Position numbers and translations under genes: made by a program | The notes under the pieces: model-generated | What the model was told of the DNA's origin: nothing | Databases searched by the model: none | What the model saw: the letters and a program-made list of their open reading frames with translations, nothing else | Assembly (NCBI GenBank): GCA_964035545.1 | Contig: OZ037771.1 | Span: 2,429,628-2,493,627, forward strand | DNA: 64,000 bases | From: Bugula neritina | Taxonomy: Eukaryota; Animalia; Bryozoa | Direction of reading: 5' to 3' | Shown here: positions 29,571 through 53,900 of the stretch, in pieces | How positions within the stretch are numbered: position 1 is the first letter of the stretch | How the letters are laid out: each line of letters begins with the position of its first letter

Positions 29571-32500
29571 ATGTCAAAGTGGAAACAGGAGATGGCTAAA
29601 CAAGATGAATTTGATTTCTCAAGTAAGTACCTAGATCCTAGGCAGTAGACTCTTAAGATGATGATCTAGTTGTAATATAATTTCAGATTAACACAATTTT
29701 ATTTTTGGTCTAAAGCCCTGTGCTTGGGCATAGCTTTCATATTTTTCATATTGTCCAACTCTTGTTTATGTTGTATGTTTGACTAATTGATTATAGTTGT
29801 TCTATATTGACAAGTTAGTCTGGAGTTATACCTGTACAACATTTTTAGTAGCGAATGATAACATATGGTGCTGATTTAAGAATTATGATATTTTTCATGA
29901 TGTTCAGTCAAAATTGTTTGTTATCCTTATGGCATTCCATTTTTAGCCAGTTTCAATGAGTATGCAAATGTGTACGATGAAGTTGAAGAGTATTTATATG
30001 AAGGGAGGGGCTCAGGTCATGGTGATGACAACTACTCATATGGTTCAGTGGCGTGCGAGGATGATAGCCCGGCTACTAAACAAGAATACGCGCACATTGG
30101 GGAGTTATCAACTCTACACGAGTGAGTAAACATTTTCACTTTTACTTCCTCAACTCTCATAATGATTTTATAATTTCGGAATAAGCATCCAGTTGTGTAT
30201 TTTGGTAGTATGTCTACAAGCTACATACATATATACACTCCAAGCTTAGTAAATCTTTTTAAAACCTTTCTATTATATTAAATTTTTGATTTATTCAATT
30301 TGTTTCAAACATGTTAATTTATATTCTAAATAATTTATGTTAGTGGTGCACCAGTGAATAAATCATCAAATATGGCTAGTGATGAGACGATAAGAACAAT
30401 GTACCAAGAGTTACAGTTGATAAGCGCTCAGCTCAAGGTAAGAATTCTATCTGAAATATTTCAAACTTTTTGATGAGTTTAGCTTATATCCTTTGAAAAG
30501 TTATAAATGTAAATTTATCAAAAAACTATCTAGACAATATTAACTTCCAAGTTGGTATGACTGTTATAAACCTTCTACTGAATGAGATAAATCCAACAAA
30601 TGTATTTAAAAGATCTAAATGTAGCTTTGTAACTTTTTTTTGTATTTGCCGAGAAAAAGAAGTAGGTCAGCGCTGTGCGACCATGTCTCTGCCACAGTAA
30701 GCATATGTTCTGGTTTTTTAGCCTGTGTACTACAGTTAGAGTGTTTATTTTCTGTCAGACCAAAAATTTGGAGTTGTCCCAGAAGGAGAAGCAGCTATCT
30801 GACAGAGAGTTGAGACTAAATATTAGGGAGGAGGAGCTTGAGCTAGCCTATAAGAAGCTTGTATTCAACCTTCACGAAGCAGTGGATATGGAGGCCTCAG
30901 AAAAGCACAAGGTAATGGAAACTCAGCCTCATATGCTTACCCATCCTTTTTCATAGTCACAAGTTTGTAGAAGTGGAAGGGTTGGAATGGCTGTGTGTTG
31001 AAGGATTTTGCTTTTAAATTCATGTCTATTTTAAGAATTGTGGGGGGCTCTCAGATTGTAATAGAAGGCATAAATTTAAATTTTATTTATTTAAAAGGAC
31101 TGATTAATTACTGTAGCGCAATGTAGTTACTTAGCAGTTATGTCATAATTCTATATGGTAACCTAGCATTAGTCAAGCACATGTTTCGTGTATATTTTGA
31201 GGGTGGGGTGGTGTGACTCCCGATATGACTTGTACGCAAAGACCCCTTCCCTTTGTTTTTTAGAAAGCCAGTGAAAGGCTGGCCGACTACCAGACTCAGG
31301 TGAAAGACAAAACAAAGGAGAACAGACGACTCCGAGCAAACTTTGATTCTCTGCAGGAGGCGAACTCTCTCTTACGGAAACAAGTGAGTCATTTGATTGG
31401 TAGCTAATGGTGCTCTGTTTAATGTGGTATTTTGTTATTTCTTTAAGGCCTTTTATGCATTAATACAAAATTTAATAATGCATTTCCTATTACCTGTATA
31501 TGTGGTAATTTAGTGAGTATTCTTGTATTTTAATCGGTATAAAAAATTTGCAATCTGGAACTTGTATTCCAACTGCTCTGTTTGCATTCATCTGTGCTCA
31601 ATGTTTTATAGAACTTTTCCTTCATTTGCTTGAGACATTATTTGATGCTTCAAGTGAATGTTTGGTCATTAAATACCAGAATCTTTTAAATTATATGTTT
31701 TTACAGTCGAATTCTATTCAACAAGCAAGTTATGTGTTATCAGCATATAAGATATTGCTTGAAGTTATTCACACCTCACTGTCCAGATGTTGAATGATAT
31801 AAGAATAATTTCTACATTTATTTAGTATTACTAAGCATTTCGATACTGCAGGCTGGCCTCTAAGCATGCAATGACTCTGTTTGCACGTATGTAAATTTTT
31901 TGCACGCAAATAATAAACTTTTCAACTTTTATTAAACACAGTGTGAAGGGCTGCAGTCAAGAAACGGTAAACTGGAAAAACAACTCCATAGTCTGAAGCA
32001 GAGGTTGGAAAATCTTCTGGTACTTTTCATTTTATTGGTAGAAACTTATTGAATAGAAGCATTAATAACTGTTTAAATAATCTATAATATGTATGCTGCT
32101 TTAAACATGTGATAAGCAGAGAAAAGTGTCAACTGCACAAAATTCACTTACAAGGTGTTATTTTGTATGTGGTAATTGAGATATTTTTCTAAATGTGAGT
32201 GTTTCAGTTGGAGTTATGCCACTTCTGGCGGGTCACACTTTAGTTACATCTAAAGTTTCCTTGTATCCTACTGCCATGTACTGTTCATGGCGCCTTGTTG
32301 TCACACGAACTACTAGTTTTGATTGGTTGATGTTCATATTCTACTTGACACAGAGATGCCAGGAACTTCGTGAAAGACAAACAGAAAATATTGTCGCTGA
32401 GATGAAAGCAGCGCCCCCTGTGAAGTCAGCAAAACCAGTGAAAGTTTCTAAATCCTATACAGTGAGTGATATTTTGTCATATAGTATTCACGTCACACTG

Positions 32501-35500
32501 TACTGCGTAGTGAATAGTTATCAATATACAGTTTCTCACTACTGGCAATGTTGTGAACACTAACTTTTAGCGGTAGAATGAATGCGAAGCAAGAGTAGTG
32601 CAGTTTTGCTCATTGAAACAAGATATTGTCTAATGGTTAATTGATTGATTGATTATTGATAATAGCAGTTAATATGGCAACTAACTGCATGATGAAAATT
32701 AAAAATTAACTTCATAAATTATCAAGTTACCCTAGTAATACTGTTTCATTTCAGTCTATACAGGGAAGCAGTTCTGACGTGTTTTCAATCCTCCTGGACT
32801 GGACTATTAAAGATATACTTAAACCCAGCTTTGAACGAGGCAAGAACCTTGACGGGTCACTCAGAGTTCACATTCTAGAGAACTGCCAACAGGTAAGATC
32901 TGGGCATGTGACACTCTGACACTGTGTGCCCTGTCCTTATATGGCACATGGTAATTCAAAGCTGAGCAGTGTCACTATTTGACACCCTTCAGCAAGTGAT
33001 TGTTTTTAGCACACAGTAAGAAATGTATACTGCACAGAGTACAACACATGGGTTACCCTGGTCACTAAATGCTTAACTATATTTTCAAACAAGCTTTGGA
33101 GAGGCGAGTACATATACTTCCTGTCCCACTATTGCCTTTTCTTCTCCATCTTCATACTCTTTCTTCCAGTTCTTTTTGCTGCTAAAGAATAGAATGAAAA
33201 TTAAATGGCTTGAAAGGTTTGTTTCTATACTGAGAGCTTGTAGCCTGTGTGTATTGTTAGATGCTTCCCTTCCTGGTGGAGATTATCAGAGAACAGTCCG
33301 CTGAGAGCCACGCTAAGTTCACCCTCCCCTGCTTACAGTTTATATACTGGAGTTGTCTACTTCTTGATCATAATCCCGGCAAGCAGGTATGTCTGTGGAT
33401 AATATAGATTTGTGGCTTAATTTCCGACATGCAGTTTCCCACTATTTCCTCAATCTATTAAACTTAGACTATTGTATTGTCACTGTTTATTTTTTAGAGT
33501 TGTCTTACTGCTATATTTAGCTGTTATTTGTCCGTATCATAAAGTATTCTGATATCTTGCTTTTGTGTAAACTAAATTATATCAGCTAATTTGTTTGGAA
33601 TCACATGTTTTAAAATCAGAGGCTTCCTGAAATGTGTGCTCTGATTTTTTAATTTATTTGTGAAAGCTTTTAAGTTTAATCAGTTGAATCTAACTGGAAT
33701 TTCATGTAAACTGCATACGGGCAATAACTCTTACAATAACTCTTACAATAACTCTTACAATAACTCTTACAATAACTCTTACAATAACTCTTACAATAAC
33801 TCTTACAATAACTCTTACAATAACTTGTATAATTTTTAATGCTTTTTCTTTGCTATTTTCCAGCATAATTTAAAAAAAAACTAATATTAAAAGTAAAATT
33901 GTCAGGTGCAGAGTTCTAATTCTTTGTCAATTGCTACAATTTCACTTTACCTGTGATTAAGAAGTGAAAATGGTACAAGACTTGAACATAATAAACTAAT
34001 AGTAACTAACATATCATACTGTGTTGAATAAACTCTTTGTATATTGATATTATAATATCATTGTGCTACTATAGTCGGTTTCTACAGGTATGTATATCTG
34101 AGAGTGTGTTGCATATGGAACTATCAAATTCTCTGTATAAATCAAACTAGTATATGTAGATGTGTAGGTGTCCATGTGATGGATTAGTATTTATTCATAG
34201 AGTGTGGGTCTTGGTGGTGTACAGAGAAAGTTGGCGGAGGAGTTATACCGCCCCCTTAGACCAGATGAGAATATGGAGATGGCACTGGCCAGTCAGGTGT
34301 TTGTGAAGTCATCAGATACTCAGATCAGACTTTTATCCACTCTTCTTCTTTTACGGACGCTGACACAAGGTGCTACTCTCCTCTTTCTTACATCCCCCTT
34401 CTTACACCCCCTTCTTACACCCCCTTCTTACATCCCCCTTCTTACACCCCCTTCTTACACTCCCTTCTTACACCTTCTTCTTACACCCCCTTCTTACACT
34501 CCCCTTCTTACACCCCCTTCTTACACTCCCCTTCTTACACCTTCTTCTTACACTCCCTTCTTACACCTTCTTCTTACACTCCCCTTTCTTACACCCCCTT
34601 TCTTACACCCCCTACTTACACTCCCCTTCACACGCGCCCCTTATTACACTCCCCTTCTTTCCCTTCTCACGCTCCTTCTCTTTTCTCTCCCCTTCTTAAG
34701 TTGCTTTTATACCTCTGCTGAAAAAAGTTCCGAGTTTCAAAAATAATGCTTGTCCGGGTACCCCTTTATAGTCAAACTGAAAATCGTTGAAATCATATTG
34801 ATGCGGAAGCTTACTTTTAAAAAGTGAAATCTGACTCGCCTAATCACTATTTGATGCCCTTTGAAAACGTCGTGAATTAGTGAAGTTGACAGCATAAAAG
34901 TGATAATTGAAAAGGCGTAGGCGATATAATTATTAACATATAGCCTATAGGTCTGTCATCTAATCGCCAAAGTCATAACTAAATAATGATGTTTACAAGG
35001 AGTTAGTACTTCTTTCGAGCATTATTTTGAAATTGGCCAATTAAGTTATCACAATACAAAATTTTTACAATGCAATGCATCTCGGAGAAATTTCAACTCG
35101 GCCAAATTGTATTTCTGACTGAAAATCGTGTAGGTATAATGGCAACTTTACAATCTTACTTTTTTCAATGACTGTTAAGAAGTATTCAAATGTTATAAAT
35201 ATTTTTAGGTAGTAAAACACCTTAAAACTACTTTGAAAAACATATCCTCTGATTATTTTAAATTTCAAATCACAAGATTTATTTACTTGATTTCATGAAA
35301 TAAGTTCTGTTTGCATACAGCTGACTGCGTAGCCAAAGTGTTCTCTATACTAAAACATGACCTTAGAGATGACCTCATGAAAGAGTTGTTTGTTGGTTAC
35401 CATGGCACCTCTGTGTTGCTGTCTTATTTCAAACCTACCTGCAAGGTATATATCTTATACTTTATTCTTACCTGTGAGCTGTGTTTCTAACACCATCACT

Positions 35501-38500
35501 GTTATACCATACATGAGAGCATAACCGCTAAACTTATGCTGAAAGTCATTGCAGGATTAGCTTTGCTGTGTATTTGATGCACCTCCTATTGATACCATTG
35601 CTTATAATATGCTCATATATATTATATAATTATATATTAATAATTATATACTATGTAGTTTGTGTGTATAAAGTTGTAAATTTGTGTGCAATTGACTTGC
35701 TGGTGTAAATCTGTTATATAATATTTCAATAATTAATATTATTGAAATATTTGTAGGCCCAGTTGCCTGTGGTCTTGGATATTTACATTCTAATGTGTGT
35801 CGAGACAGCAGTTCTACAACCCTTCCTAGCATTCTGTAGTACTGAGGCTTGGTTTAGAGCAGTTTCTATGGTCCTTAAGATTCCATCTCTAGACATCAAG
35901 CAGCATGAGAAGCTGAGTGTAATTCTGCAGAAGCTGTCTAAGATACGGTATGATCGCCCTATTGTTACAGTAGTAGGGGGAGGTTGTGGTAACAGACTAA
36001 GCTACCAGTCTCTACTTGGTAGGATATGTAGGCTAACATGTGGGAAATTCTTCTCATTTACCTTGTAGCTCAGTTTATGCTTTGAAAATGGTTTTTTAGT
36101 AGCTGCTAATGAGTAATACAAAAATTACTAAATATAATGAAACATAATTCGTCTATTAAAATTTGATAACGAAATCAATGTTGAAGTGTCCAAACTTACT
36201 ATGGGATCTGTTGGTAAGAGATCACCAAATGGGAAATGTTATCAAGGAGTTGGAATAGTTTTAAATTTATTTTGAGCTTCAATTTTACTATTAAGGTCCT
36301 AAAATTTCAGGAAAACTGCCTCGAGCCAAGCCTAATGAAAGATTAGATAATATTAACATCAACAAAGTCATGCTCCATTTCTTACCTCCCTGTAGCTAGG
36401 CTATTTGACAAATTCAATTTAAAATGCTGGGATTACTTTTTATATTTGCTTTTCTTGCTAAATAAATTATTAAATCAGCACTAACTTACACTGTTCATCA
36501 GTTATAAATACACTGAATTACAAGATTCGTCTGCTATCGTATTTAAGCACTTGGAAACTGGTTGATAGGCCTGTGGTAGACAAACACATTGTGTAATGTT
36601 TATTTCATATCACTACTGTCATGTATTTACACAAAACATTATGTTTTGCTACTTTTGTTTACTGTTTGTGATAATTTTATGAGTCGAAAAATCACACAAA
36701 TAACGGGATGGGCCTTAGATTGTAAAAGCAATAGCAGCCGGAAATTTAGTTGACTTTTTTGAAAAGATTGAACTTTTTTATTAAAATTTAAAAACTTTTT
36801 TCTAATTTGTTAGCTGTTTAGTTTTATCTGTTATAAGCTTAACTGTTGTTACATATTGATTTACTAAAGTTGTTGTCAAATAAAAATAGCAGATCTGCAA
36901 ATATTTTGACCCAATTATATAAAATATATCTTCCTGATTAGTTTCTTTGACATCGTTTACTGCTGCTGTAGATTGAATGTCCATCCTGAAGCTTGCATAA
37001 ATTAACGTGTTTGAATGTTTGCTTAGGAAATACACCTTTAATTATCTCATCCATTAATATCTGTTTCAATAATAAATGAACTTATTTATTAAATATTAAA
37101 ATGCTGTGCTAAGTCGATGACATTTTAGCTTAGTGCTGGAGATGTTGGTATATATAAACGATCAGCCTGAAGATTATGGACTGTTGGGCTTTTGCGTGGA
37201 GCCATATTTTATTCAAATATTCAAACATACATGCACTTAAATGGCGGTGGAACATTTGCACAATTGCTCAGTCAAAGCCTTACAAATATTTGAAATTGGT
37301 AAAATCAATGTTGTGGATAGGCAATTGACAATGCGAATAAAGAAATTCACTTTTTGATGTTCTAAATCAGCCACAAACAGGTCGTGGCGCCGTTTATATT
37401 TAAGCCACTGAACTTGGCTCAAGTCTTTTAAGCGGAATTAAAATAAAAAGTTTGACGGCATATTCAAATACCAAAAACTCTTAATTCCTTCTAAATGCTA
37501 ATCAAACATCGGAATGCCAATAATCTTTACTGAATTTCTAGTTCAAGTGGCCGGTGGCTGAGGCTAAACCCTCCTTGCCTCTCACAAACTTCACCTACAT
37601 TTACACGAAGCTTAAACAAAGATTTCGAAGGTTAAAGCTTGTCAATCAAACCATTAGTATTTAGATAAAATGCCGAGAGCAAATAATGTTTTTTTAAATA
37701 AAACCTTTTGATTTGAATCATACTTGTAGCTGATAAATCCTTGAATCAACTACTTGAAATGGGTGTCTTGTATTACTTGTGTTTATACAAATAAACACAC
37801 TCATACATGAAGTATACATATGTATATGACAGGTTCCTACATTGTCCATATATCTCACTCTAAACACACGAGTATATTCATTGCTTCCTTATATTGTCAG
37901 GTGCTATAAGTTCAAAGCTCATAGGATTTCCTCTGCTTTCTGTGCCCTTAGCCACTCTAGTTACACCGACCCAAATATTCTACTGCGATTAAGGAATATT
38001 CTTCATGAAATTTCATTGCACTGACCTTATTAAATTTGCTGCCAACTTCAAAAGTATGAGGAAATGAACACTGGCTTTGGTTGGACATAATTTTGAAACT
38101 TTTAGTAAAAGTAATATCAACGAATAATTGATATTTAGTAAAATTTAATGTGATATATAAATTTAGTTGTCTGCATCACTGACTTTTTTTAATGGCTCGC
38201 AATTACAATGATAGCTAAAGAGCTAACATGTCTAATACTCACTTCTTATTCTAACAACTCATTAGCTTTAAAATGCTTGTTGAATTCACTGATGACTGAA
38301 GCTGTCAATAACAGGTTGACTTGTATAATTACCATTCATGTATCTCTATACTACTGTAATACGTATTATTTACTCATTTAGTGGTATACAAGACCTGAAG
38401 CTCACAACCATTCATTTTCTTCGCATCTGCTTTAAAATGTAATTAAGCAGCTTTTGATTAGTGGCTGCTGATTTCTTAAATAAAATAAATTTTCAATAGA

Positions 38501-38814
38501 GACACATTTCAAAATTCTATTGCTTTATTTCTTATAGAAGGGGTTTGGGGTACTTGCTTTAACTAGTTAAGAAATTAGAACAAAATGCTTATTGTCTGAA
38601 ATATTGACCATCTATTTTTCTTTCTTTCGTAAAATAACTGGCGTGGTTTGTAATTTTTAGGGACAACAGAAAATACTTTGACCAGTTCTCTTTGAAATCG
38701 TTGATACGGGACCTTCTACAGAGCACCCCCTCTCATGAAAATAACTCTTTCTTGGTTCTAAATCTAAAATCTGTGCTGTTCAATCTTGGGTCCCCCACAA
38801 CCCTGGCAGGCTAG
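29571..38814 (+). CDS. CCDC138: Coiled-coil domain-containing protein 138 homologue, ~560 aa, 13 coding exons
   Basis: Exons 29571-29622, 29947-30121, 30344-30437, 30759-30911, 31264-31383, 31942-32019, 32354-32461, 32755-32892, 33261-33386, 34201-34369, 35321-35445, 35757-35947, 38661-38814 (TAG); 1683 nt, in frame. Recognised motifs: KTKENRRLRANFDSL, LLDW, LQFIYWS, IRLLSTLLLLRTLTQAD, EKLSVILQKLSKIR, FLVLNLKSVLFNL. The start codon is less certain. Confidence 0.88.
33722..33826. repeat. 12-nt tandem repeat (CAATAACTCTTA), ~8.5 copies
   Basis: Seen directly; lies mid-intron. Confidence 0.92.
34385..34700 (+). repeat. Pyrimidine-rich minisatellite (CTTACACCCCCTT-like, 13-15 nt) starting just after the donor at 34370
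   Basis: Seen directly; accounts for the spurious Leu/Pro ORFs 34204-34746 and 34370-34699. Confidence 0.9.
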
Positions 38815-40222
38815 AGTATAGATCTATAAGGATATTAAATAGCAGTAATATATTGTTTACTTTACTTTGTTAGTTGTTTGTCTTTTAGAGGTCTGCTAAT
38901 GGTTCTAATACTTACTTTTGTGGACATATATTTTAGTGTTTTGTTGTAATTTTGTGCAAAAACACTTTAGTTTTTCTTATTTTAGTTGGGAACAGGAAAA
39001 CTGATTGTAGTTATCATTTTCAGTTTTCTAAGCATGCAATTATAATTTAAACACTCTGGTGATACATTTCTTAGATAGCTTTTATATTGTGGGTGGTTAT
39101 CAGTTTTTGGGTGTTATTATAGTGCCTTGTGTTTGTACAAGTACAATAATTAAATACTTTTCAATTTAGATCTAATTATATATCAAACTAGAAGCTATCC
39201 TATCATTCGTGTGGTGTACAAGCAGCTACTGTAACAAGCCTAATAAAAGTATATTTATAATTTACAAATGCAGATACAACTGTTTAACACACACTGTATC
39301 AGTATTTGTACACTGATAGCGTGTAGCCAGTTTCAACTATTGTTGTCAAGTTTGTTTAATTTGATTGCAAATTATTGTCTGAAATGTTTAAATACCTGCT
39401 CTGTTTTCTTCCTGCTGCCAGGAAAATACCACCTTAGTAACGGCAGCTGACACATTATTTGCTGAATATTGCCCCCTGCTGATTTGTGCCAATCTAGTTT
39501 TGCCAGTTCAAATATTGCCATTGGAAAGGGAATATTCTCAATTAACTAATAGTGATTAACGTAAGTATTTTGTGACTCAGCCATGTAATTTAAATTTTGC
39601 AACTATAAAATTAACAGTTGCAAAGCATTTTTCTTTTAGTTATGTACTGTAAGTAATTGACTAGTTCTACAACTGGTTTTTTTTCACCTCGTTTTGTAAA
39701 GAGATTCATTAAAATTGGCTGTATTTTTATTTTAATTCCTCTTAACATATTGAATAATTAAAATAGCAATAGCTGCCTCACTGCCTAATTTGATGAAAGA
39801 TTAGAAGTGAAACGTAGTATTTATTTAAACGTTTTTAGAATATTGGATTCTGCAATTTATCTGGCTTGCATTTAGTGTCTTCGAGTTGATCAAGTTACTT
39901 TAAAGCATCTTTCAATTAGTGATGACATTTTAAAAAAGATAGAATTTATATCAGAAGCATAATTGTTAGCTTGCCTTAAAATAGTATACTTGCTATGAGA
40001 AATCTGATTGGTCATAATGATCAGTCTTCCCACTATGCGTGGTTAGTTGAAATAGTCGTTATCTATGGCATACCTTTTAAAGTGAAGAACTGATTTGATT
40101 GGCTAAAGAATTCTAAAATAATTATTAAATATTGGGAACAGCATACACTAGTGTCACTTATAATAGTCAAATACAAAAGTTTTTATTAGTTTTGTTGCAA
40201 ACATTCAACAAGCAGGTTGAAA

Positions 40223-49897
<9,675 letters not shown>

Positions 49898-50948
49898 TTT
49901 GCTTATATTTATAGATTGTACAGATGAAAGTCTAAGTTTGTATTTTTGATTCAACGATTAAATTATTTTATGATTTTTTTGAATTTGTGTGTCAAATTAC
50001 GACTCTAACATAATGCTAATTCGGTATCAATTCAAACAATAGTAAACCATAACTAGAAATTTTCCTTTGCATCTTTTTCAAAAGAGCTTCTTTCCCCAAA
50101 CATTGATTGCTTTGGCTGAAATCAATTTGATACCAAACTTGCATAATGCTGTAGTCTAAAAAATAATCAGAATGTAGTGTGGTCAAAATATACAATTCAT
50201 GTTGTAAATATATTTTCATATTTCTGGATATTTTATTAATTGTGCTAAAATATAAAAATTAATTTCGTATCAAATTGTAGTGAAATGTGAGAATGCACTA
50301 TTTCAAGTAGATGAATTTAGATTCAATTAAGTATCATTTACGGGAATTGCAATTTTGCTAGAAAATAAATTATAAAAGAAATTGATTATCAGCCAAAATT
50401 AGGCTCAGCGGTAAAAAAGACTGACAGGGAAATAAAAAATGCGTAGAGTAATTACAGCAGTTAATATCTATAAAAATCTACGTTTGCGAGAAAATTCAAC
50501 ATAACTTGCACGAATTAACAATGACTAAATAGAGAAACCTCAACAAGTATCTACAATAAGGGTACATTTGGGAGTTATGCGCACATTACAGCGACTCTTG
50601 ACTGCAATTAAATATTCAATAACGAAAATTCAAAACATCTACTCATTTAACTGAGGAGGTTTCAGTCAAACAACTTCTTTCATTAAAATAAAATTATGAA
50701 ACGACAACTCCAAATACGTTGTATGGCATGGAGTCTCTAATAAAGGCTACTACTACATCGCCACAGGATAAGGAGATGCAGCACATATTCCAAAGTACTG
50801 GCTAACTGAGTACTCCGCCTCTAATTCTCAATAAATCTTTGGGTGAAGAAAACTTGAGTAGCAAGCAGATGGGGTGGGCTAACATAGTATTTACAATAGC
50901 TAGCACACTCTTGAAACAAACTGTGGAGCTAGAATGACGGCAGCATTC

Positions 50949-53900
50949 CTAATCACTTCCTTTGTTCTGGAACATTTTGAGTCTGTCCTTAAACTGTTTA
51001 GGTTTATTCTCTTCAGTACCATCCTCATCTGGTGAGGGCGCAGTAAACGCAGAGCTTTCGGAAACCTATTCGAAAAATTCAACAGTTACAGAAAAATTTT
51101 TAACAAATAGTTTACAGTTTATTAAATGACGCCTAAAGTTTTGAATGGTCTAGTGTAGAGAATCAACATATCATTTTATTCAACTGACGGCTAATGTTCA
51201 TCTGGACACAACAGCTAACTAGATGGGAAAGTTTAGATGGTAGACAGAGCCCTTAGTAATTTGAAATACTGAATATGCATTTGATTTCCATAGAACAAAA
51301 GTATATATTTAGAAACAGCGGATTTACAGTTTACACACACACATACACACACACGCACACACACACACACGCACGCACGCTCGCACACACATACAAAGGT
51401 ACTAACAGTCATGGGGTTTGGCTGCCGTCTGCCGGGAACATCCAGGGTTTTACTCTTTACTCTACTCTGATGTAACGCTGAGTCTTGGAGATTTTCTGTA
51501 GATGACGAGAGCAGAGCTGAAGTTTTCTTCTCTCTCTGAGTCGCTGATTTCCAAGCTGGTTTCTTAACAACGGCAGTCTCGGTGTCGGTAGTTGGTGCTA
51601 TTTTAACACTTCCTACAATAGTCATGGGACTACTGTGATACAAATATTATAATATATTATATTATATTACATTACTCCTTTATATGTGACATCATGCAAT
51701 AATCATATTGTAATATACCACAGAAAATCTAAACAATGGCACACAGCAGTGTAACATCAACCTTTACAGTCTACACCATTAATATGTGCTAAAACCAAAA
51801 ATGGTACATCAACAGCAGTAAACTGCAGTAAACAAAATTGCAACAGCTAATAGTGGATCAGCCACTGATTATAACAAACTTGAAAGGATTGGCACTGCAG
51901 GTGCACAGACTGACCTCTGCTAGGTTTAAGTGACGCCCTCCAGAAGGGTTCATTCACTGATAAAGAAGTTGCATCAGATGTTCTTGGTGCTGGTAGTGGC
52001 TTAGATTTCGTCACGATGATAGTCTCTTTGGGGACGTCTTTCTCTTCACTTCCTGGGGACAACTTCTCAGCATAGAATCCATAAGAAGTTGAGTTGGTGT
52101 TGCCAGTTTTAGCTGAATCCGATCTGGTAGCCTGGGAACTAGAAGTTGAAGGAGAGTAGAGTAAGGGGCGTTCTTCCAACGGACTAGACATCTTCCTATA
52201 CGAAGCACCGTGAGCACCATCACTGTCGGCAGAGCTGACATTGTTTGATTTCTGTTGTATTTGGCTGAACTTGCGATCTAATTCGCTGCTCCTCTCATTG
52301 GACACGCCCCTCACGCCTGCTCGAGCTGCCGGCACCGGCTTAGAGCTTAGTTGCTGCTTTGAAGAAGAGGTGTGGACCTCAGGTGCATTTGGTAAAGACT
52401 CCTTGTCTACTCGCGTCTTTCGCTTTGCCAACTTCGCCCAGTCAGGTAAGGACGAGGTTTTATCATCTTCGTGGGGTAGAGGCTGAAATTAATGCACGCC
52501 GTAAACAGTAGCAGGTATGAAACTAGTTATAGCAGAGATCTAAACTATTATACCTGCGCTAATCGGACTACTAAACCGCAGGTGTAACTTTGTTTAATTA
52601 TACAATAATTTCACTGCTATTGGACAAAAATGTTTTAAAGTTTTACAAAGATTATACACCTAGAAAACAATTGGTCTAGTTGGCATAAACCAGTTCAAAT
52701 TTGAGAAGATGATTTTCCTAGAATTATACTTGTATCCACACTGCCAAGTGTCAGGGAAAGACTACATTTCTTATCTTTATCCAACGGAGTTGTTATTCAG
52801 TTATAAAATGTATGACAACTCTCTACAGTCTGAGTAACAAGCTCTGAGATACCGCAGGCATTATTTTATAAAAATTGAAATTAGCAGTGGGAATAATTTC
52901 TTGCAACTTATAGAAATGATAAATCTAATTTAGAATTAATTAACTATCAACTTTAAACTAACCAAGCGATATTAGCACTAATAGAACTGCTTTGTGCCAA
53001 CTCAGCACTCAACAGGAAATGATGTCACTAGCTGCTTACTTTTCCTTGGTCATGTGATTTGCCAGTTTCGGCAGCATTAAAACTTTTGCTGTAAGAGAGT
53101 TTATTGCCGGAGTCTGTGGTATCAGGAACTGACAACTCCTGAATCTTCACAGGTCTATGCTGAGGAAACATAGACTTAGGTCTCGGTTGTAAAGCTAAAT
53201 CAACACAGCATGAGGCTATTTAACACAACACTTTACCGGTGAACTTTACAGCCCCAGTATATTGTATGATACAAATAATAAGTCTTAATGAGACATAAAT
53301 AAGAGTTGTCTTCTATATCATTACTGAGAAAACTTTACATGGTTAACCAGACTATGGTGAACTATTACTCCTTTAACTGGAAAAAATTGATGAAGGCAAG
53401 ATTCAATAGAGGATACAACTAGTACAAATATGACAGGAAAAAGTATTCCAACAGGTATTTTTAGCTTTGAGAAAGTAACTCCACACAGTATACGATGTAA
53501 TGACACCTGAAGAGACATAAAAGGAGAGTTTTGACAGAATTATTTACCTGGTGATTTGTTACGTCTTTGTAGTGGGGGAGTCTTTGAGAATTCTACAATC
53601 TTAGCGGGGCGGGGAGGTGGCTGTTCCTCCTTGGAACTGTCTGTGGCTGAAGGTTTTGGAGGCAAAGGCTACAAGAGAAACTATGCATTAGCAGTGACTA
53701 TTATAGAGTTATCAGCCCTTGGTTATATACATTTTACAAATATGTAAGATAATCACAACGTAGACTATGTAAGTTCATACGGACATTGCCTCTTAGCAGG
53801 ACATAATCTTTGAAGACATCAAATGAGCTGGTAATGTGAACTGAAGTTATATTCATTATGTCAATCAACCAACCCTCAACACACATTCTACATACTGGGT

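Noticed and set aside
34075-34087. 13-nt microexon or AG|GT site in a CCDC138 intron
   Set aside because: Not a multiple of 3; flanking exons join in frame without it.
36291-38030. Possible Kolobok-like element with TAAGGTC..AAATTTCA ends in the last CCDC138 intron
   Set aside because: Inverted similarity is too short and gapped; no clear TSD or transposase motif.
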